Below are positions 44,422 through 55,187 of a stretch of DNA of 64,000 bases, piece after piece; the stretch's first letter is position 1, and every line of letters begins with the position of its first letter. A program made the position numbers and the translations under genes. This DNA is from a virus. The notes below the pieces were generated by a model that saw nothing but the letters and a program-made list of their open reading frames with translations, was not told the DNA's origin and ran no database searches. The stretch is from the IMG/VR virus record IMGVR_UViG_3300049893_001984, positions 1-64,000 of that record; one strand, given 5' to 3'.

Positions 44422-44931
44422 TTAGTACTTCGGAATAAAGACCGGCCAGAAGCGAACCACACTCTTGCGATAGGAGTTCGTGAACGGAGCCGTAATATCC
44501 GAGACTATTCCAACGATGGTCTTAGCGTAAGAACCAGTGTTAACCACTTCAAGCTTTCCAGGAGTGGCGCCAGCCGGATCCGAACCAAGCGCAGCGTTCG
44601 GAACGAAGCCTGTTCCGGCGTATTCCGTGCTTTCCAGTTCATAACCACCGGTAGCAACGAGACACATCCATTTTCCACCAGAGATGTTACCGACGTCCGA
44701 ATTGGTATCGAAGTCGTTAAGATTCTGGAAAACAAACATCGGCATTGCAAAGTTAGCAGCGCCAAGAACGCCCTTCGCGCTCGAGTTAAGGGCAACCACC
44801 ATACCCGCGTTCATAGCGGTGACAGACGCGTCCATGGTGACAGCTTTGTCGAGAGCATAGGGTGACGGCCAACCCTTAACAGGGTTAAGCTCGTGGTCGA
44901 ACATTTGGGCGGGTGTAAGAGTACCTGGCAT
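44422..44931 (-). CDS. capsid decoration / cement protein
   Basis: 169 aa beta-tulip-like pattern (AGMVVALNSS...GGYELESTEY...GKLEVV); between scaffold and capsid genes. Confidence 0.65.
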   Translation of the reverse strand: MPGTLTPAQMFDHELNPVKGWPSPYALDKAVTMDASVTAMNAGMVVALNSSAKGVLGAANFAMPMFVFQNLNDFDTNSDVGNISGGKWMCLVATGGYELESTEYAGTGFVPNAALGSDPAGATPGKLEVVNTGSYAKTIVGIVSDITAPFTNSYRKSVVRFWPVFIPKY

Positions 44932-45007
44932 TTTGAATTCCTCCGTTTTCGTTTATAGCGGCATCCTATAATAGGTTTTCCGCGTTTAGTGTTATTTGCT
45001 TTTATTC

Positions 45008-45358
45008 TTACTGAATAAGTCCGAAATCGCGCAAGAACTTATCGTCAGCAGCACTACCTTTTTCCGCTTTTTCAGTTGAAGCCGACTTGGAAATCATCGG
45101 TTCACCCAAGGGAGCAACCATGGAAGTTTTGCGGTGGAACTCAGCCGCAGTCTTCTCAAGACTCTCTAGAGCACGCAAGGGGTCTTGCAATGAAACTATA
45201 GCCTGAGAGCGCTGATTCTCAAGCAGGAAACCAGCCTTAATCAGAGCGTCGACAGTGCTCGGCGCTTTATTAGCAATCGATCTTTCAAGCTCAGCAGCCT
45301 TTGCAAGCAAAGGTTGTGTAGCTTTCACGTACTCAACGTATTTCTTTTCAACACTCAT
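45008..45358 (-). CDS. small scaffold-associated protein
   Basis: KTA/KSA motifs; acidic-hydrophobic C-terminus DDKFLRDFGLIQ like capsid-binding tails. Confidence 0.6.
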   Translation of the reverse strand: MSVEKKYVEYVKATQPLLAKAAELERSIANKAPSTVDALIKAGFLLENQRSQAIVSLQDPLRALESLEKTAAEFHRKTSMVAPLGEPMISKSASTEKAEKGSAADDKFLRDFGLIQ

Positions 45359-45402
45359 TTTATACCTCCGGGATGTTTTGTCAGGTGTTGACCTAACTTA
45401 GT

Positions 45403-46428
45403 TTAAGCACCAGGCATGCCGGGAGGCATTCCGCCAGGAGCTTCTCCGCCGCCACCACCATGTTCGGCTTCAATCTGCTGAATGGCCTGAGCGAGTTCCT
45501 CAGGAGTTACGCCAGCTTCCTGCAAAGCCTGAGCAAGCTGTTCAAGATGCTCGTCAGCTCCGCCGCCTTCGCCACCTTCGCCGCCCATCATATGCGGGTT
45601 ACCAGCCTCATCAGAGGCGGTTTCCTCTGCACTACCCGCTGCCATAGCGTCGTTGGACATAGGAGCGCCTTCGCCAGGCTGTTCGTCTCCGTCAGGTTCG
45701 CCAGCTCTCTTCATGTGAACCTTGTTCAAGCCTGCAATGTGCCCCGCAAGAAACTGAACATACCGTTCGGCATCCTCCTCAGCACTCTTGATGATAGATT
45801 CTACCACGCTTTGCGCGACTTGAGTCTGGGCTGTTTCAGCCTCGGCTGACTTGGAAAACCCCAACTGCTCAGCCAGATGGCAAGCTGCCGCGTAACCAGC
45901 CTCGGCGTCTTCTCTGTACTGTTCAGCCGCAGCCTCTTTGCTAAGCCCCTGTTCTTCCGTGCAACCCTCTTCATGTGAAGACTGCTTCTCCAGCTCAGCC
46001 AGCAAGTCAGCACCTAGTGCCGCCGCTGCAGAGAAAGAGGAGTACTTTTCGCTGAAGGTAGAGTTGCTCGGATGACCGGAAGATTCCTGAGGCTTGTCCT
46101 TACCCGACTTAGGGTGAGCGACATTGCCCTTAACTTCCCCGGCTTCCATCTTCTGCGTTCCAATGGAATCGGCCGGATCTTTTCCGTCGACAGAGTTGGC
46201 GTCTTCCTGCCCGCTGACATTGCTATTAGTATCAGCCGCGTCACCCTTATTCTCAGCGGAACGGGCACCTTCACGCGCCTTCATTGTACCGTCATCCGCA
46301 TCCATGACCGGGTGGGTCGTGGGTTTGGAGGGATCGGTAGCCTGCTTAATAGAGGCACGCTTCTCGGTGCGGACTTCTGTCAGAAACTTGTCCATAAGGT
46401 CAAGCACATCAACGTTCATCTTACTCAT
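45403..46428 (-). CDS. putative capsid scaffolding protein
   Basis: Acidic, low complexity, directly after protease; multiple K-x-A motifs. Confidence 0.6.
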   Translation of the reverse strand: MSKMNVDVLDLMDKFLTEVRTEKRASIKQATDPSKPTTHPVMDADDGTMKAREGARSAENKGDAADTNSNVSGQEDANSVDGKDPADSIGTQKMEAGEVKGNVAHPKSGKDKPQESSGHPSNSTFSEKYSSFSAAAALGADLLAELEKQSSHEEGCTEEQGLSKEAAAEQYREDAEAGYAAACHLAEQLGFSKSAEAETAQTQVAQSVVESIIKSAEEDAERYVQFLAGHIAGLNKVHMKRAGEPDGDEQPGEGAPMSNDAMAAGSAEETASDEAGNPHMMGGEGGEGGGADEHLEQLAQALQEAGVTPEELAQAIQQIEAEHGGGGGEAPGGMPPGMPGA

Positions 46429-46464
46429 TTTATGTCTCCTACGTTATGCCCCGTTTGTGAGCGT

Positions 46465-47916
46465 TTACACTTTAATGTAGTTACGCATTACAAGCAAGGT
46501 GTTAGTTATTGGATCGTTACCCGTGAGACTAGCAAACGACAGCTGATACTTTACGTACTCCTTGGCCAGCTCAGCCGCTTTCACGGAGCAAGAAGCGGTT
46601 TTAACTGATCCAAGGTTCTTAAAAGCAGGCTCATCTCCACGTACCGTGGCGGCTAAAACCCTGCGCTGAACTTTATTCTCTGCGATAGAGTAGTCGTTTT
46701 GCAACTCCTCGGCTACCTTTACCGCCGACAAAGGGTATACATTAGTTGGGCTGTAAGCACAACTATCTATACAAGTTTCCAAGTCGAAGTTGCTTATATT
46801 AGAGTACATACCAGGAAGCAAAGCTTCAACCTCTGAAGCTTCTTTATAACTCCCTTGGCCTGTAAGGGTAAGGAAATCCATTACAGATAACGGAATCTTA
46901 GCAGAACCAAGAGCGCTAAGGGCGTGGGCAGTCTTGTGCGACTTCAACTCTTCCATAGCTTTACTTGGTATGTTCTTGGTGCAACAGCCCAAGGCTAGCT
47001 TGTTTGCCAGGTGCTTGTTGTCAGCACCAGCAGCTACGGCTTCGATCTTCTTCTCAATCTCAGCCAGCTTTTTGGCGGCAGAGAGCTTAACGGCGGCGTA
47101 CTTGGAAGATACGCCAAGGAGTTCGACTGGAGCCGATACCCCCAGCTCTTCTGCCAGCTCAGCTCCGCCAATTGGCCGCTCCAAAACAGAAGCAACCTTC
47201 TGCAGGGACCAAGCTATTCGGTCTGCAGGGCGGACTACCTTTGATATATCAAAGAAGGTGGGCTGGTCGTTAATAGCAAAAACCTGGTGCCCACTCTTAA
47301 TAATAGAAGTCATGTGGTCTCGCAGGTGCTCGCAGTATTCCCCGCGATGCTTTGCTTTGTTACCACAGATAGAACAAATATCGTAAGGAACCTTGGCAGC
47401 CATCGAGAATGGGATGTCTTTACCAGAAGCAAGCTTCTGCAAGTCACCTTCCCACTCTTTATCGTGAGGAACCTTTATGACAAGTTCGCCGCGATGCATG
47501 TCTTTATTATAAGCAGCCGCCTTTATCTGTCCGATAGACTTGGCAGGGTCGTCGTTCTTGTGATGCTTATAGACATGCCCGTGCTTCATAAACGTGCTGT
47601 CGTGCCGACCTATTAGGCCGTCAACCATGTCGTAGTACCCAGGCTGACCCGGCTTAGGGAAAGGGATGGTGAAGCGAGCTTGTTTCTCGTTGAACCCGTC
47701 ACCATTCCTGTTATTGCCGAACATCTCCATAGCACCAAGGGAGATCAAATGAATAAGGCTGTGACCAGGCTCTGGCCGAAGCTCGGCCATCTTAGGAGTG
47801 AACAATGCAGCACGTTTCTGCATCCACGATCGATCTACGCCCCTGGAATGCACATCCATAAGACGTGCAACCGGGGTTCCAAAATCGAATGAGTCGCTGG
47901 TTATAACCTTGATCAT
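46465..47916 (-). CDS. prohead maturation protease (assemblin-like) with C-terminal extension
   Basis: NRNGDGF, HVYKHHKN, and FSMAAKVPYDICSICGNKA...YCEHL nucleophile/Zn motif; position upstream of scaffold and capsid genes. Confidence 0.8.
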   Translation of the reverse strand: MIKVITSDSFDFGTPVARLMDVHSRGVDRSWMQKRAALFTPKMAELRPEPGHSLIHLISLGAMEMFGNNRNGDGFNEKQARFTIPFPKPGQPGYYDMVDGLIGRHDSTFMKHGHVYKHHKNDDPAKSIGQIKAAAYNKDMHRGELVIKVPHDKEWEGDLQKLASGKDIPFSMAAKVPYDICSICGNKAKHRGEYCEHLRDHMTSIIKSGHQVFAINDQPTFFDISKVVRPADRIAWSLQKVASVLERPIGGAELAEELGVSAPVELLGVSSKYAAVKLSAAKKLAEIEKKIEAVAAGADNKHLANKLALGCCTKNIPSKAMEELKSHKTAHALSALGSAKIPLSVMDFLTLTGQGSYKEASEVEALLPGMYSNISNFDLETCIDSCAYSPTNVYPLSAVKVAEELQNDYSIAENKVQRRVLAATVRGDEPAFKNLGSVKTASCSVKAAELAKEYVKYQLSFASLTGNDPITNTLLVMRNYIKV

Positions 47917-47927
47917 GTTTAACCCCG

Positions 47928-48569
47928 TTAGTAAGTCATGTGGACCTTGTCAACACGCTTATCTCCTGTGCTTGCGATTGTTGCAAGCCTTCTTTGCATG
48001 TTGTCAATGTAGCTAGATAGGTACTGGGACCTCGGTATGTTAGGCAGGTCACCTATAGCTGGGCCTGTGTGATGGTTGTGTATATACGCGCCAGGTGATC
48101 GCAGCTGATAGGCAGGCTCAGCAACATGGCTAAGGCTGATAGGCCCTGGCATTATACCTGGTTTTACCACCCTTTCAGAAACGAGCTTATTAACAGTCTT
48201 ACGCGCATCAGATTTCGCCGTTTGTAAGGGATCTCCGCCATAATTATTCCACCCTGTGGCCATGTTTTTATTAAGCGCCTCAAGGCCTGGCTTCAAGGAT
48301 AGCGTAGCGCTACGGTCTCCAGCAGCAGGTGCCATGGTGTGGCTCACCATGTTCATAACGCTTTTAACTCTATCGGATGGAAGGCTAGATATTGCGTCTA
48401 ACTCTCTTTCTCTGCGCCACTGTGGGCCGTACCTGTGATGTTCGTCTCTATACTGGATTGGAACTGGTTTACCTTTGTTAGCTTCGCTCATAAGACGAGA
48501 GCGCATGGCGTGAAATATGACATTATCAGGGTTTAGCGCCGTTTTGATAAGATAGCCTAGATGGTTCAT
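47928..48569 (-). CDS. MNHL-tagged hypothetical protein
   Basis: Starts MNHLGYLIKTA; remainder unrelated to other tagged proteins. Confidence 0.75.
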   Translation of the reverse strand: MNHLGYLIKTALNPDNVIFHAMRSRLMSEANKGKPVPIQYRDEHHRYGPQWRRERELDAISSLPSDRVKSVMNMVSHTMAPAAGDRSATLSLKPGLEALNKNMATGWNNYGGDPLQTAKSDARKTVNKLVSERVVKPGIMPGPISLSHVAEPAYQLRSPGAYIHNHHTGPAIGDLPNIPRSQYLSSYIDNMQRRLATIASTGDKRVDKVHMTY

Positions 48570-48570
48570 C

Positions 48571-49869
48571 CTACATGCTCCTTTGTTTCAAGGCATCCCT
48601 GAGTTGCTGCATCTGTTCCTGATTAAGTATAACCGCGTTCTGATGTAACCCACTCTCATAAGCAGGCACTGGCCGTTTAATAAAAGAAGTGACCGGCGAC
48701 CTTCTGATTAATTGAGCCTTTTCAACCATATTTGCCCCTGGGCTGAGGAACATGGCATTCCCTTCGCCAGCAGACAGTATGTTTCCTGGGAGTCGGTATA
48801 CACCACCGTCACCAGGGCCTAGTTTACGCGGAGAAAATAGGGGACCTGTAACTGAGGCTTTCTTCAGCGTAGGAAGCTTCTTAATTAACTCATCCCGTTC
48901 CTGTGCTTTGCGCTGCGCCTCTTCTTCCTGATCCTGGGCGTTAAGTCTTGCCCGGACAGCAGCTTCGCCACCTTCTGACTTACGCCACAAAGCGCGTGCA
49001 GCGAACGGAATACCGCTCAGAACGGCACCGCCTGCCATACCTAAGGCAGGTCCGAGCCATTTATACTTCGGAGCCTGGTAAGCCGCTTGAGGCGGGGCGT
49101 CTTTCTTGCCCTTACCACTATCGCCGGGTTTAAACGCTCTTGCCTCATTGTTAATGGCTGCCACTGCGCCAGGACCATACCGTCCTACCAGATCATCCCT
49201 GATCTTCATTGCTTCAGGGCTTGGTTTACCAAACCACTTATTTTCAGAGAAGGCTTCAGCTATTAGCTCAGGGCTTTTAAACCCAATTGAATTGACTACA
49301 TTTTGGGCTAGCTCTCCGCGTAGCTTCATTAAGCGGCCCATATGAGCTTCGGCTTGAGCTGGCGTGTAATGAGGGTACTTATGCTTTATCAAAACTTCTG
49401 CTGGGGCTTGGAAATGCTGCTTAAACTTATACTTTTCAAGTTCGGACAATCGGTCCTGGAACTTGCTGTCCATAAACAATTTCTTAGCAACATCACCGCT
49501 AACCGGTGCGTACTTCTTAGCGAGATGGTGGCCATACACGCCGCCAGCAATAGCAGCGCCTCCACGAATAGCCGCCTCGCCCAAGGTCTGGGGAATAGGA
49601 ATAAGCGTTCGCCCTACGCCAGTACTTATGTATCCAGACGTAGAAGTGTCCTCATCGCTAGCCCGCGAATCTGCCAACTCATGAAGCCGAGCAGCGTGGC
49701 GACGTGCAATTTCTTCTTGAGCGGCTAGTGTCTCAAACTTACTACGCGTTTTAGCCAGCTCTTCGTGATTAGGATTTGCAGCAGGAGGGGCCTCAGCTAA
49801 TGCACCTGCGGCCTGCTTTTGCATCTTAGCCGTTATGCACATTCGTGCTAGTTTTTCACTGATGTCCAT
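48571..49869 (-). CDS. K-x-A putative internal head protein with glycine-zipper segments
   Basis: KQA near N-terminus; GGAAIAGGVYG and WLGPALGMAGGAVLSG. Confidence 0.7.
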   Translation of the reverse strand: MDISEKLARMCITAKMQKQAAGALAEAPPAANPNHEELAKTRSKFETLAAQEEIARRHAARLHELADSRASDEDTSTSGYISTGVGRTLIPIPQTLGEAAIRGGAAIAGGVYGHHLAKKYAPVSGDVAKKLFMDSKFQDRLSELEKYKFKQHFQAPAEVLIKHKYPHYTPAQAEAHMGRLMKLRGELAQNVVNSIGFKSPELIAEAFSENKWFGKPSPEAMKIRDDLVGRYGPGAVAAINNEARAFKPGDSGKGKKDAPPQAAYQAPKYKWLGPALGMAGGAVLSGIPFAARALWRKSEGGEAAVRARLNAQDQEEEAQRKAQERDELIKKLPTLKKASVTGPLFSPRKLGPGDGGVYRLPGNILSAGEGNAMFLSPGANMVEKAQLIRRSPVTSFIKRPVPAYESGLHQNAVILNQEQMQQLRDALKQRSM

Positions 49870-49878
49870 AACTTCTCC

Positions 49879-51270
49879 TTAGTCTGATTTGGCCTTAGGC
49901 TTTGAGGAGGCGCCTGCTATAGGGGACATTAGCGGGATGTCTTCCTGCATGTCGCGCAAACGTTTCTCAATCTGAGATAGCTGGTGGGCCTCAAAAGGTT
50001 CCATTACACCTTCCTGCTGGATAACCTTATGCAGAACTCCACGCATCAAAGCAGGATGCTGACTTGCCAAAGGCGCAAACTGAGCCACGTGGTTGTACGC
50101 ACCATATACTTGGTGCGGCTCGTACGCAGACAGTATAGGGTCATTCGCCACAAAATCATTCAGCATTGTTTTAGTCTTTGCAGCCTGTAGTTCTGCTTCA
50201 TGCGTGGGGTCAAATACATCATTAATAGCGTCCATACGTGTCTCTACGCCTTTAGGCTTAAGCCCCAAAGCAGAAGTCACGCTAGACCCAACGCCACTAA
50301 TAATGGGTCCCTTAAGATCTTCAACATCAAGCGCGGACTTGGCCATACTCTCTTCAGCATCTTCATCGGAAGCGAGTAAAGAACCAAGCAAGGAGGAAGG
50401 TTTTGTGTTTTGTCGCCTTGCTGCTTGTTTAATGGGAGAACGTGCCGCCGCAGAGGCTGCTTCAGCACGGGCGTTAGCTGCTTTCTCACTTTGTTCAAAT
50501 AGAGTGTAGGCTTCGTCGATCACGCGTTTGATCTGACCGTAAGGCTTTTTAGCCTCGTCAAAAGTCATGTGACGACGAGGGTACTCCTCGGCTCGCTTCT
50601 CTTTTAGTTTCCCGACCGCGTAGATCATGTCCATGCAGGTCTTGCCTACGCTGCCGAATGTAGCAACCGCTCTTTTCTCAACCTCAGAGAACGGAGAGTG
50701 CCCGATCGTGTGGAAATATTCAGATGCTTCTTGAGCCAAGGAAGCGACCTTCAAGAACTGGGCTCTATATTCACCGTCGGCGTAGTTAGCTAACTTCTCT
50801 AACCCCTTGGCCTTATCTATGCTCTTTCCGTCAGCCCATTCTTTATCTCTGTCGTATGCGCTCGGTTTAAGAGACCACTCAGTGGGAAGATCGTTGCGGG
50901 CGTAGGATTTCTTGGTGAAGTCAGTGCGCTCAGCAGCAAGGGCGTCAGAGTGCAGCTCAAAAGCCGCAGACTTCTCAGACTCCCACATTGGCTTTTCAGG
51001 ATACATACGCTCAAGAATAGCAGCGGGGTCAGCGAGCGGGAAGTTCTCCGCCCGATCCACTCCGCTAGCTTGCTTCATGTGTGCAAGCGTGCGCGAAACA
51101 TTGAATGCCTCGCACGCACGCTTTATAAGCTGCGGGTTAAACTTGTTAAGGCTAGCCACCTTATGGATAGCATCGGTTGGGTGCGTGCCGCTGTTGCTGT
51201 CACGAATAGCGGATTCAATAGCCTTGACGATTCTTTCTTCGTCAACCTTGCTCAACTTCTCTATACTCAT
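49879..51270 (-). CDS. K-x-A-rich putative internal head protein
   Basis: KVA, KSA, KLA, KVA, KQA, KSA motifs. Confidence 0.7.
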   Translation of the reverse strand: MSIEKLSKVDEERIVKAIESAIRDSNSGTHPTDAIHKVASLNKFNPQLIKRACEAFNVSRTLAHMKQASGVDRAENFPLADPAAILERMYPEKPMWESEKSAAFELHSDALAAERTDFTKKSYARNDLPTEWSLKPSAYDRDKEWADGKSIDKAKGLEKLANYADGEYRAQFLKVASLAQEASEYFHTIGHSPFSEVEKRAVATFGSVGKTCMDMIYAVGKLKEKRAEEYPRRHMTFDEAKKPYGQIKRVIDEAYTLFEQSEKAANARAEAASAAARSPIKQAARRQNTKPSSLLGSLLASDEDAEESMAKSALDVEDLKGPIISGVGSSVTSALGLKPKGVETRMDAINDVFDPTHEAELQAAKTKTMLNDFVANDPILSAYEPHQVYGAYNHVAQFAPLASQHPALMRGVLHKVIQQEGVMEPFEAHQLSQIEKRLRDMQEDIPLMSPIAGASSKPKAKSD

Positions 51271-52121
51271 GATCCGCCTCCGCCTGTAAGTTCCGGAACT
51301 GGCGCTTGATATCTCGGGAGCACTGCTCCACCCATCAATTCACTGGCTCTAGGTTCGTCCACAATAAGTTCAGCACGTGCAGAGATGATAGTCGTCTTGC
51401 AATGGTCAAGCAAGTGGTTGAGTTGTGTCATCATCTCGTCTTTTTGAGCTGGCGATTCATTCTTCTGCTCAATCTCCTTCAACTTCAGACAAGCATCCAG
51501 GAGCGCCCCTGAGTTGAAGTTGTTAGGTTGGACCTTATGAGCAGTTATCCACCCCAGCTTAAGCATCCTATCCTTAAAGTTATTCTGGAGGAAAGCGTAT
51601 GAATCTTCTGACATATTGCGGTTGTCAATAAACTCACAAAAAACCTTCCATCCTCCACAGTACGCCAACGTCTTATAGAGAAAGTCGTAATCTCTCTCAT
51701 GTATACCATTAGTAACAGCCGGTATCAGTATCTGGTTAAGTATGTAACCTCGTGATCCCAGCTTAGGTCTTACGTCGTAGAAGTACTTCTCGTACGTTCG
51801 TATAACCTCTACATGATGACCAACGTACTCAGAAAGCTCCTCATGGGATACATCTGTGAGCAAACCAGCTTCAATAATCCACCGCTCACTTTGAGGGTTC
51901 GCATAGAGTATATAGGCGCTGGTTAGATGCGGGTAATCCTGCTTGAGGTACGGAAGATCAGCTTCTGTGGACTTTCTCCAGCGCTTGAAGAACCTCCATC
52001 CATCCCGCACATGGCTATCCCTAACAGCACGGCCAGGATCCCGTTTTTCTACTACAAGGGACCGGACTTGCGACCAACGCCAGTCCGGTCCGTTGTCTAG
52101 AAACCTAATTATTTCTTCCAT
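51267..52121 (-). CDS. hypothetical protein
   Basis: 284-aa helical ORF overlapping next gene. Confidence 0.8.
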   Translation of the reverse strand: MEEIIRFLDNGPDWRWSQVRSLVVEKRDPGRAVRDSHVRDGWRFFKRWRKSTEADLPYLKQDYPHLTSAYILYANPQSERWIIEAGLLTDVSHEELSEYVGHHVEVIRTYEKYFYDVRPKLGSRGYILNQILIPAVTNGIHERDYDFLYKTLAYCGGWKVFCEFIDNRNMSEDSYAFLQNNFKDRMLKLGWITAHKVQPNNFNSGALLDACLKLKEIEQKNESPAQKDEMMTQLNHLLDHCKTTIISARAELIVDEPRASELMGGAVLPRYQAPVPELTGGGGS

Positions 52122-52126
52122 TTTCC

Positions 52127-54406
52127 TTATCCGTTAGCCAGGTCAACTTCGGAGTTGGCGTCGTTATCCGGCTCAATAGTCTTCTGCTTCAAGAACAACG
52201 ACAGCTCGCCCAGGTTCTTAAACACATTACGAAGGTTGTCCTCGAGCTCAACCATGTCCTGACGGCCATAGCGGTCTTTGAACTTATCGTTATGCCAATA
52301 GAACATAAACAGGATTCTACCAACCCGGTCAAGGCCCAACAGCAAATCACCGATGTAGCTGTCGATCGTGGAGTCGGTATCAACCGTCTTAACCAACCCA
52401 GAGATGACAGACGTATCGAGAATTTCCTTCTGGCCCATCTGGCTGGCCTGTTGTGCGTTGTTACGGGCATCTTCGTCAATATACATGCTCCGCGTATAGT
52501 TATCACGGTTTCCAGAGGAGTTGATAGTGCCAAGCCCCTGAAGCATGGTTTGCGGATAATGCGTTTTGACCTGAAGCCCAGGTTCGGACCCGTACAGCGG
52601 GTCAGGGAAACTTGCCTGATTAGGCACATCGCCGCTGGCTGTATAGGTGAATGCGTATTTCAAGAAATGAATGTCGCTCTTGCTTCGCCCGCCCTGCACC
52701 TGGCTAACAAGGTAATCAACGCTGTCCTCAGACAAACCCTTATTCTCAATAAGGTCCTGATACAGGGCTGATTTTGTCAGTCTGGCACTATGCTGCCCGT
52801 CCAGAACAACAGTATACCGTACCCCGTCGCTACGAACCTGCAGCTGATGGTAACCTTCCTTCAACTCAGCGGATTTGTAGATGTCAGCAACGATGTTAGA
52901 AGGATTGCAAAGGTTCAGTTTGGGCTGGAACCAGTTGTAACCCTTGCTCTTCTCGTTCTTAAGCTTGATGACCTTGACCTTCTTGCCAATATAGAAAGCG
53001 CTTCCAAGGTGTTCAATGGAATCGTTATCCTTGTCGGTCAGATGGATCGTGGTGTCGTGATTACCGCAACAGAATCTAGGGGTCGTGCCATAAATGCCCT
53101 GCCGCTCGTAGTTTACACGGGGGCTGAACACCTGCGTAGCGTCTGTATGGGTTCTGACAGTGAAGTCGGTCGTGCCTTCGCTGTCAGTCCACTTGGAGTC
53201 AATACACATAGGCATCGTGCCGGTACCGTCTTCCCGTACCAGAACAAAGAAGTCGCCCATGGAAAGGCTACTGGGGCCAGACAACCCTTCAAACTTCTTC
53301 TGCCAATCAGAGAAGTGCTGCTTGGAGGTCATGATGTCATGAGGCGCGAAGAGGCCGTAATCCTTCGTGTCCCAGTCTATCACAAGGGCCAGGTTTGAAC
53401 CTCTACCAGGCTCCAATGCATGCTTGGGCCCGATAATTACCAAGGCTTCAATAGTGTCGCTCTTGGAGTTGACGACGTCGTAAAACCCTGTCTGACCTGG
53501 GTTTGTGTGGGCAGCTGCAATCTGTGTCTTGTACAGTCTGCTCTTTTCGCCGTCTTTACGTTTATCTCTGACAACGAAGCCGCTACACAAGACCTTGGAC
53601 TTCTCGGCCTCTGTGAGCTCTTCTTCGCCGTTGCTGCCATTGAAGGATGTGATAACGCGCACCTTGGGGAAGGTGTGCTCACCTTTACGCATCTTCTTCT
53701 GCAGCTCTTCCTGATCCACAAGGTCCTGAGCGAGCTTAGTGCTGAGCAGTTCGTCAGGGTCGTAGAACTTCAAAATAGCATCAGCAAAGTCATGATCCTT
53801 GCGCATAGTCTGCACAAGATTAATAGCTGCCTTCTTGCCCAGGATCTTAAGGGCGGCAGGGATTGTGAACTTCTCTTCAAGAGAAGCAAACTTCTCAGAT
53901 CGCGGGCTAGTCAGGAAAGCGGAGTCCATAAAATCCTGCATGTCAGGATCCATGCGCGCTCGTATTTCCTTGAAGCTCGGGCGCTTAGCTGAGGCGTACT
54001 TTGACCCGATATAAGGCGTGCGTGCCAGGATATCAAAGTCAGGCTGCCTCAGGCCCAGGCGATGCCTAGGCGTTTTCTCTGTAGACCCGAGGATCTGGGG
54101 TCTACGGTTAAGAATATAGTTAACCCATTCCTCCGTAAGCGGAACGAAGGCGTCCTGACTCTTGATAAACAAGAGTTCATGACCTTTGAGTTCTCCATTG
54201 ATGAAGAACACAGGGGCATACACTAGCTCCGAGCCTACTTTAAAGCCGTAAACACCTACGGCATGGGTTTCCTCGTCATTCTTGTCAATCAACTGGAAAC
54301 CCAAAATGTAGTCGAGAAGGGTCGGAGCCTTGTCACGCATGCGGGCGTAGGCAAGGTCCGAAAATGTCTTCTCATAATTACTTTCTGTAGATTTAGGACC
54401 CGGCAT
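52127..54406 (-). CDS. large K-x-A putative head protein
   Basis: 759 aa; KYA, KFA, KLA, KSA, KYA motifs; GC3-biased codons like capsid gene. Confidence 0.7.
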   Translation of the reverse strand: MPGPKSTESNYEKTFSDLAYARMRDKAPTLLDYILGFQLIDKNDEETHAVGVYGFKVGSELVYAPVFFINGELKGHELLFIKSQDAFVPLTEEWVNYILNRRPQILGSTEKTPRHRLGLRQPDFDILARTPYIGSKYASAKRPSFKEIRARMDPDMQDFMDSAFLTSPRSEKFASLEEKFTIPAALKILGKKAAINLVQTMRKDHDFADAILKFYDPDELLSTKLAQDLVDQEELQKKMRKGEHTFPKVRVITSFNGSNGEEELTEAEKSKVLCSGFVVRDKRKDGEKSRLYKTQIAAAHTNPGQTGFYDVVNSKSDTIEALVIIGPKHALEPGRGSNLALVIDWDTKDYGLFAPHDIMTSKQHFSDWQKKFEGLSGPSSLSMGDFFVLVREDGTGTMPMCIDSKWTDSEGTTDFTVRTHTDATQVFSPRVNYERQGIYGTTPRFCCGNHDTTIHLTDKDNDSIEHLGSAFYIGKKVKVIKLKNEKSKGYNWFQPKLNLCNPSNIVADIYKSAELKEGYHQLQVRSDGVRYTVVLDGQHSARLTKSALYQDLIENKGLSEDSVDYLVSQVQGGRSKSDIHFLKYAFTYTASGDVPNQASFPDPLYGSEPGLQVKTHYPQTMLQGLGTINSSGNRDNYTRSMYIDEDARNNAQQASQMGQKEILDTSVISGLVKTVDTDSTIDSYIGDLLLGLDRVGRILFMFYWHNDKFKDRYGRQDMVELEDNLRNVFKNLGELSLFLKQKTIEPDNDANSEVDLANG

Positions 54407-54449
54407 TTTCTACCCCTTTCAGCTAGTGTGTTATTTGGTATCAAACCTA

Positions 54450-55163
54450 TTAACGGAACATGCCACCCATCGGCATACCGCCAAACCCACCGCTGTACAT
54501 ACCGCCGCCACCAGACCTGGCCAAGTTGCCCATCATTTCATTCATTTCAAGATTACGCTGCTGGTTCTTCAGCGCCATCTGATTGACCTGCTGCATGGTG
54601 CGCGGGTCCTGTCCACCCCACGAGGTGGTGCTACCCATACCAGCGCCGGGGGCTGTGTTCATCCACCGATTATACAGGTGACCGAGCCCAGCTGCTCCAA
54701 CCAAGCCACCAGCGCCAAGCCCGAGCATGAGGGGCCAACCGGCTTGTTTCTTGAAGAACTCTGCGCGAACACGCCCAACAGGCAGCTTGTTGTCATTAGC
54801 CACTTTAGCAAACAACTGATGCGGTATCTTGTTGACGTTACCGGCGTAACCATGGTGGGCAGCCAGAAGCTCGAGCTGGTGAACAGCCAAAGCAGTGTCA
54901 GACGCCATTTTTGGCATCTCCACTTCATTGTTAGGAACTCTACCCTTATCAGTTGCTGGTGCAGTTATGTTGGTGTCGTGCTTAGGAACGTCCATTTTAG
55001 ACGTGAGTGAACTGTTAGGCTTTGTAATCTTCGGAGCACTTTTAGCCCCTTCAGACTGCTTTGCCTCTGGCGCCGCACCTTCATTAGCCTTTTTCTGCAT
55101 CCAATAGGACAGGAGGCTCTTAAGTTGAATGTTTTCGGCTTGTTTTCTCATGCTCTTACTCAT
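54450..55163 (-). CDS. K-x-A putative internal head protein with glycine zipper
   Basis: KQA, KKA, KMA, KVA, KQA; KKQAGWPLMLGLGAGGLVGAAGLG. Confidence 0.75.
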   Translation of the reverse strand: MSKSMRKQAENIQLKSLLSYWMQKKANEGAAPEAKQSEGAKSAPKITKPNSSLTSKMDVPKHDTNITAPATDKGRVPNNEVEMPKMASDTALAVHQLELLAAHHGYAGNVNKIPHQLFAKVANDNKLPVGRVRAEFFKKQAGWPLMLGLGAGGLVGAAGLGHLYNRWMNTAPGAGMGSTTSWGGQDPRTMQQVNQMALKNQQRNLEMNEMMGNLARSGGGGMYSGGFGGMPMGGMFR

Positions 55164-55187
55164 TTTAAAGTCTCCATTGACTAAGGG

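Noticed and set aside
47928-48120. JAB/MPN or HNH catalytic motif in YIHNHHTGPAIGDLP
   Set aside because: Spacing to the Asp is shorter than HxH-x7-S-x2-D, Ser is missing, and no supporting fold elements were recognised; needs a profile search.
52127-54406. Portal protein call
   Set aside because: No portal motifs recognised; only position and size are suggestive.
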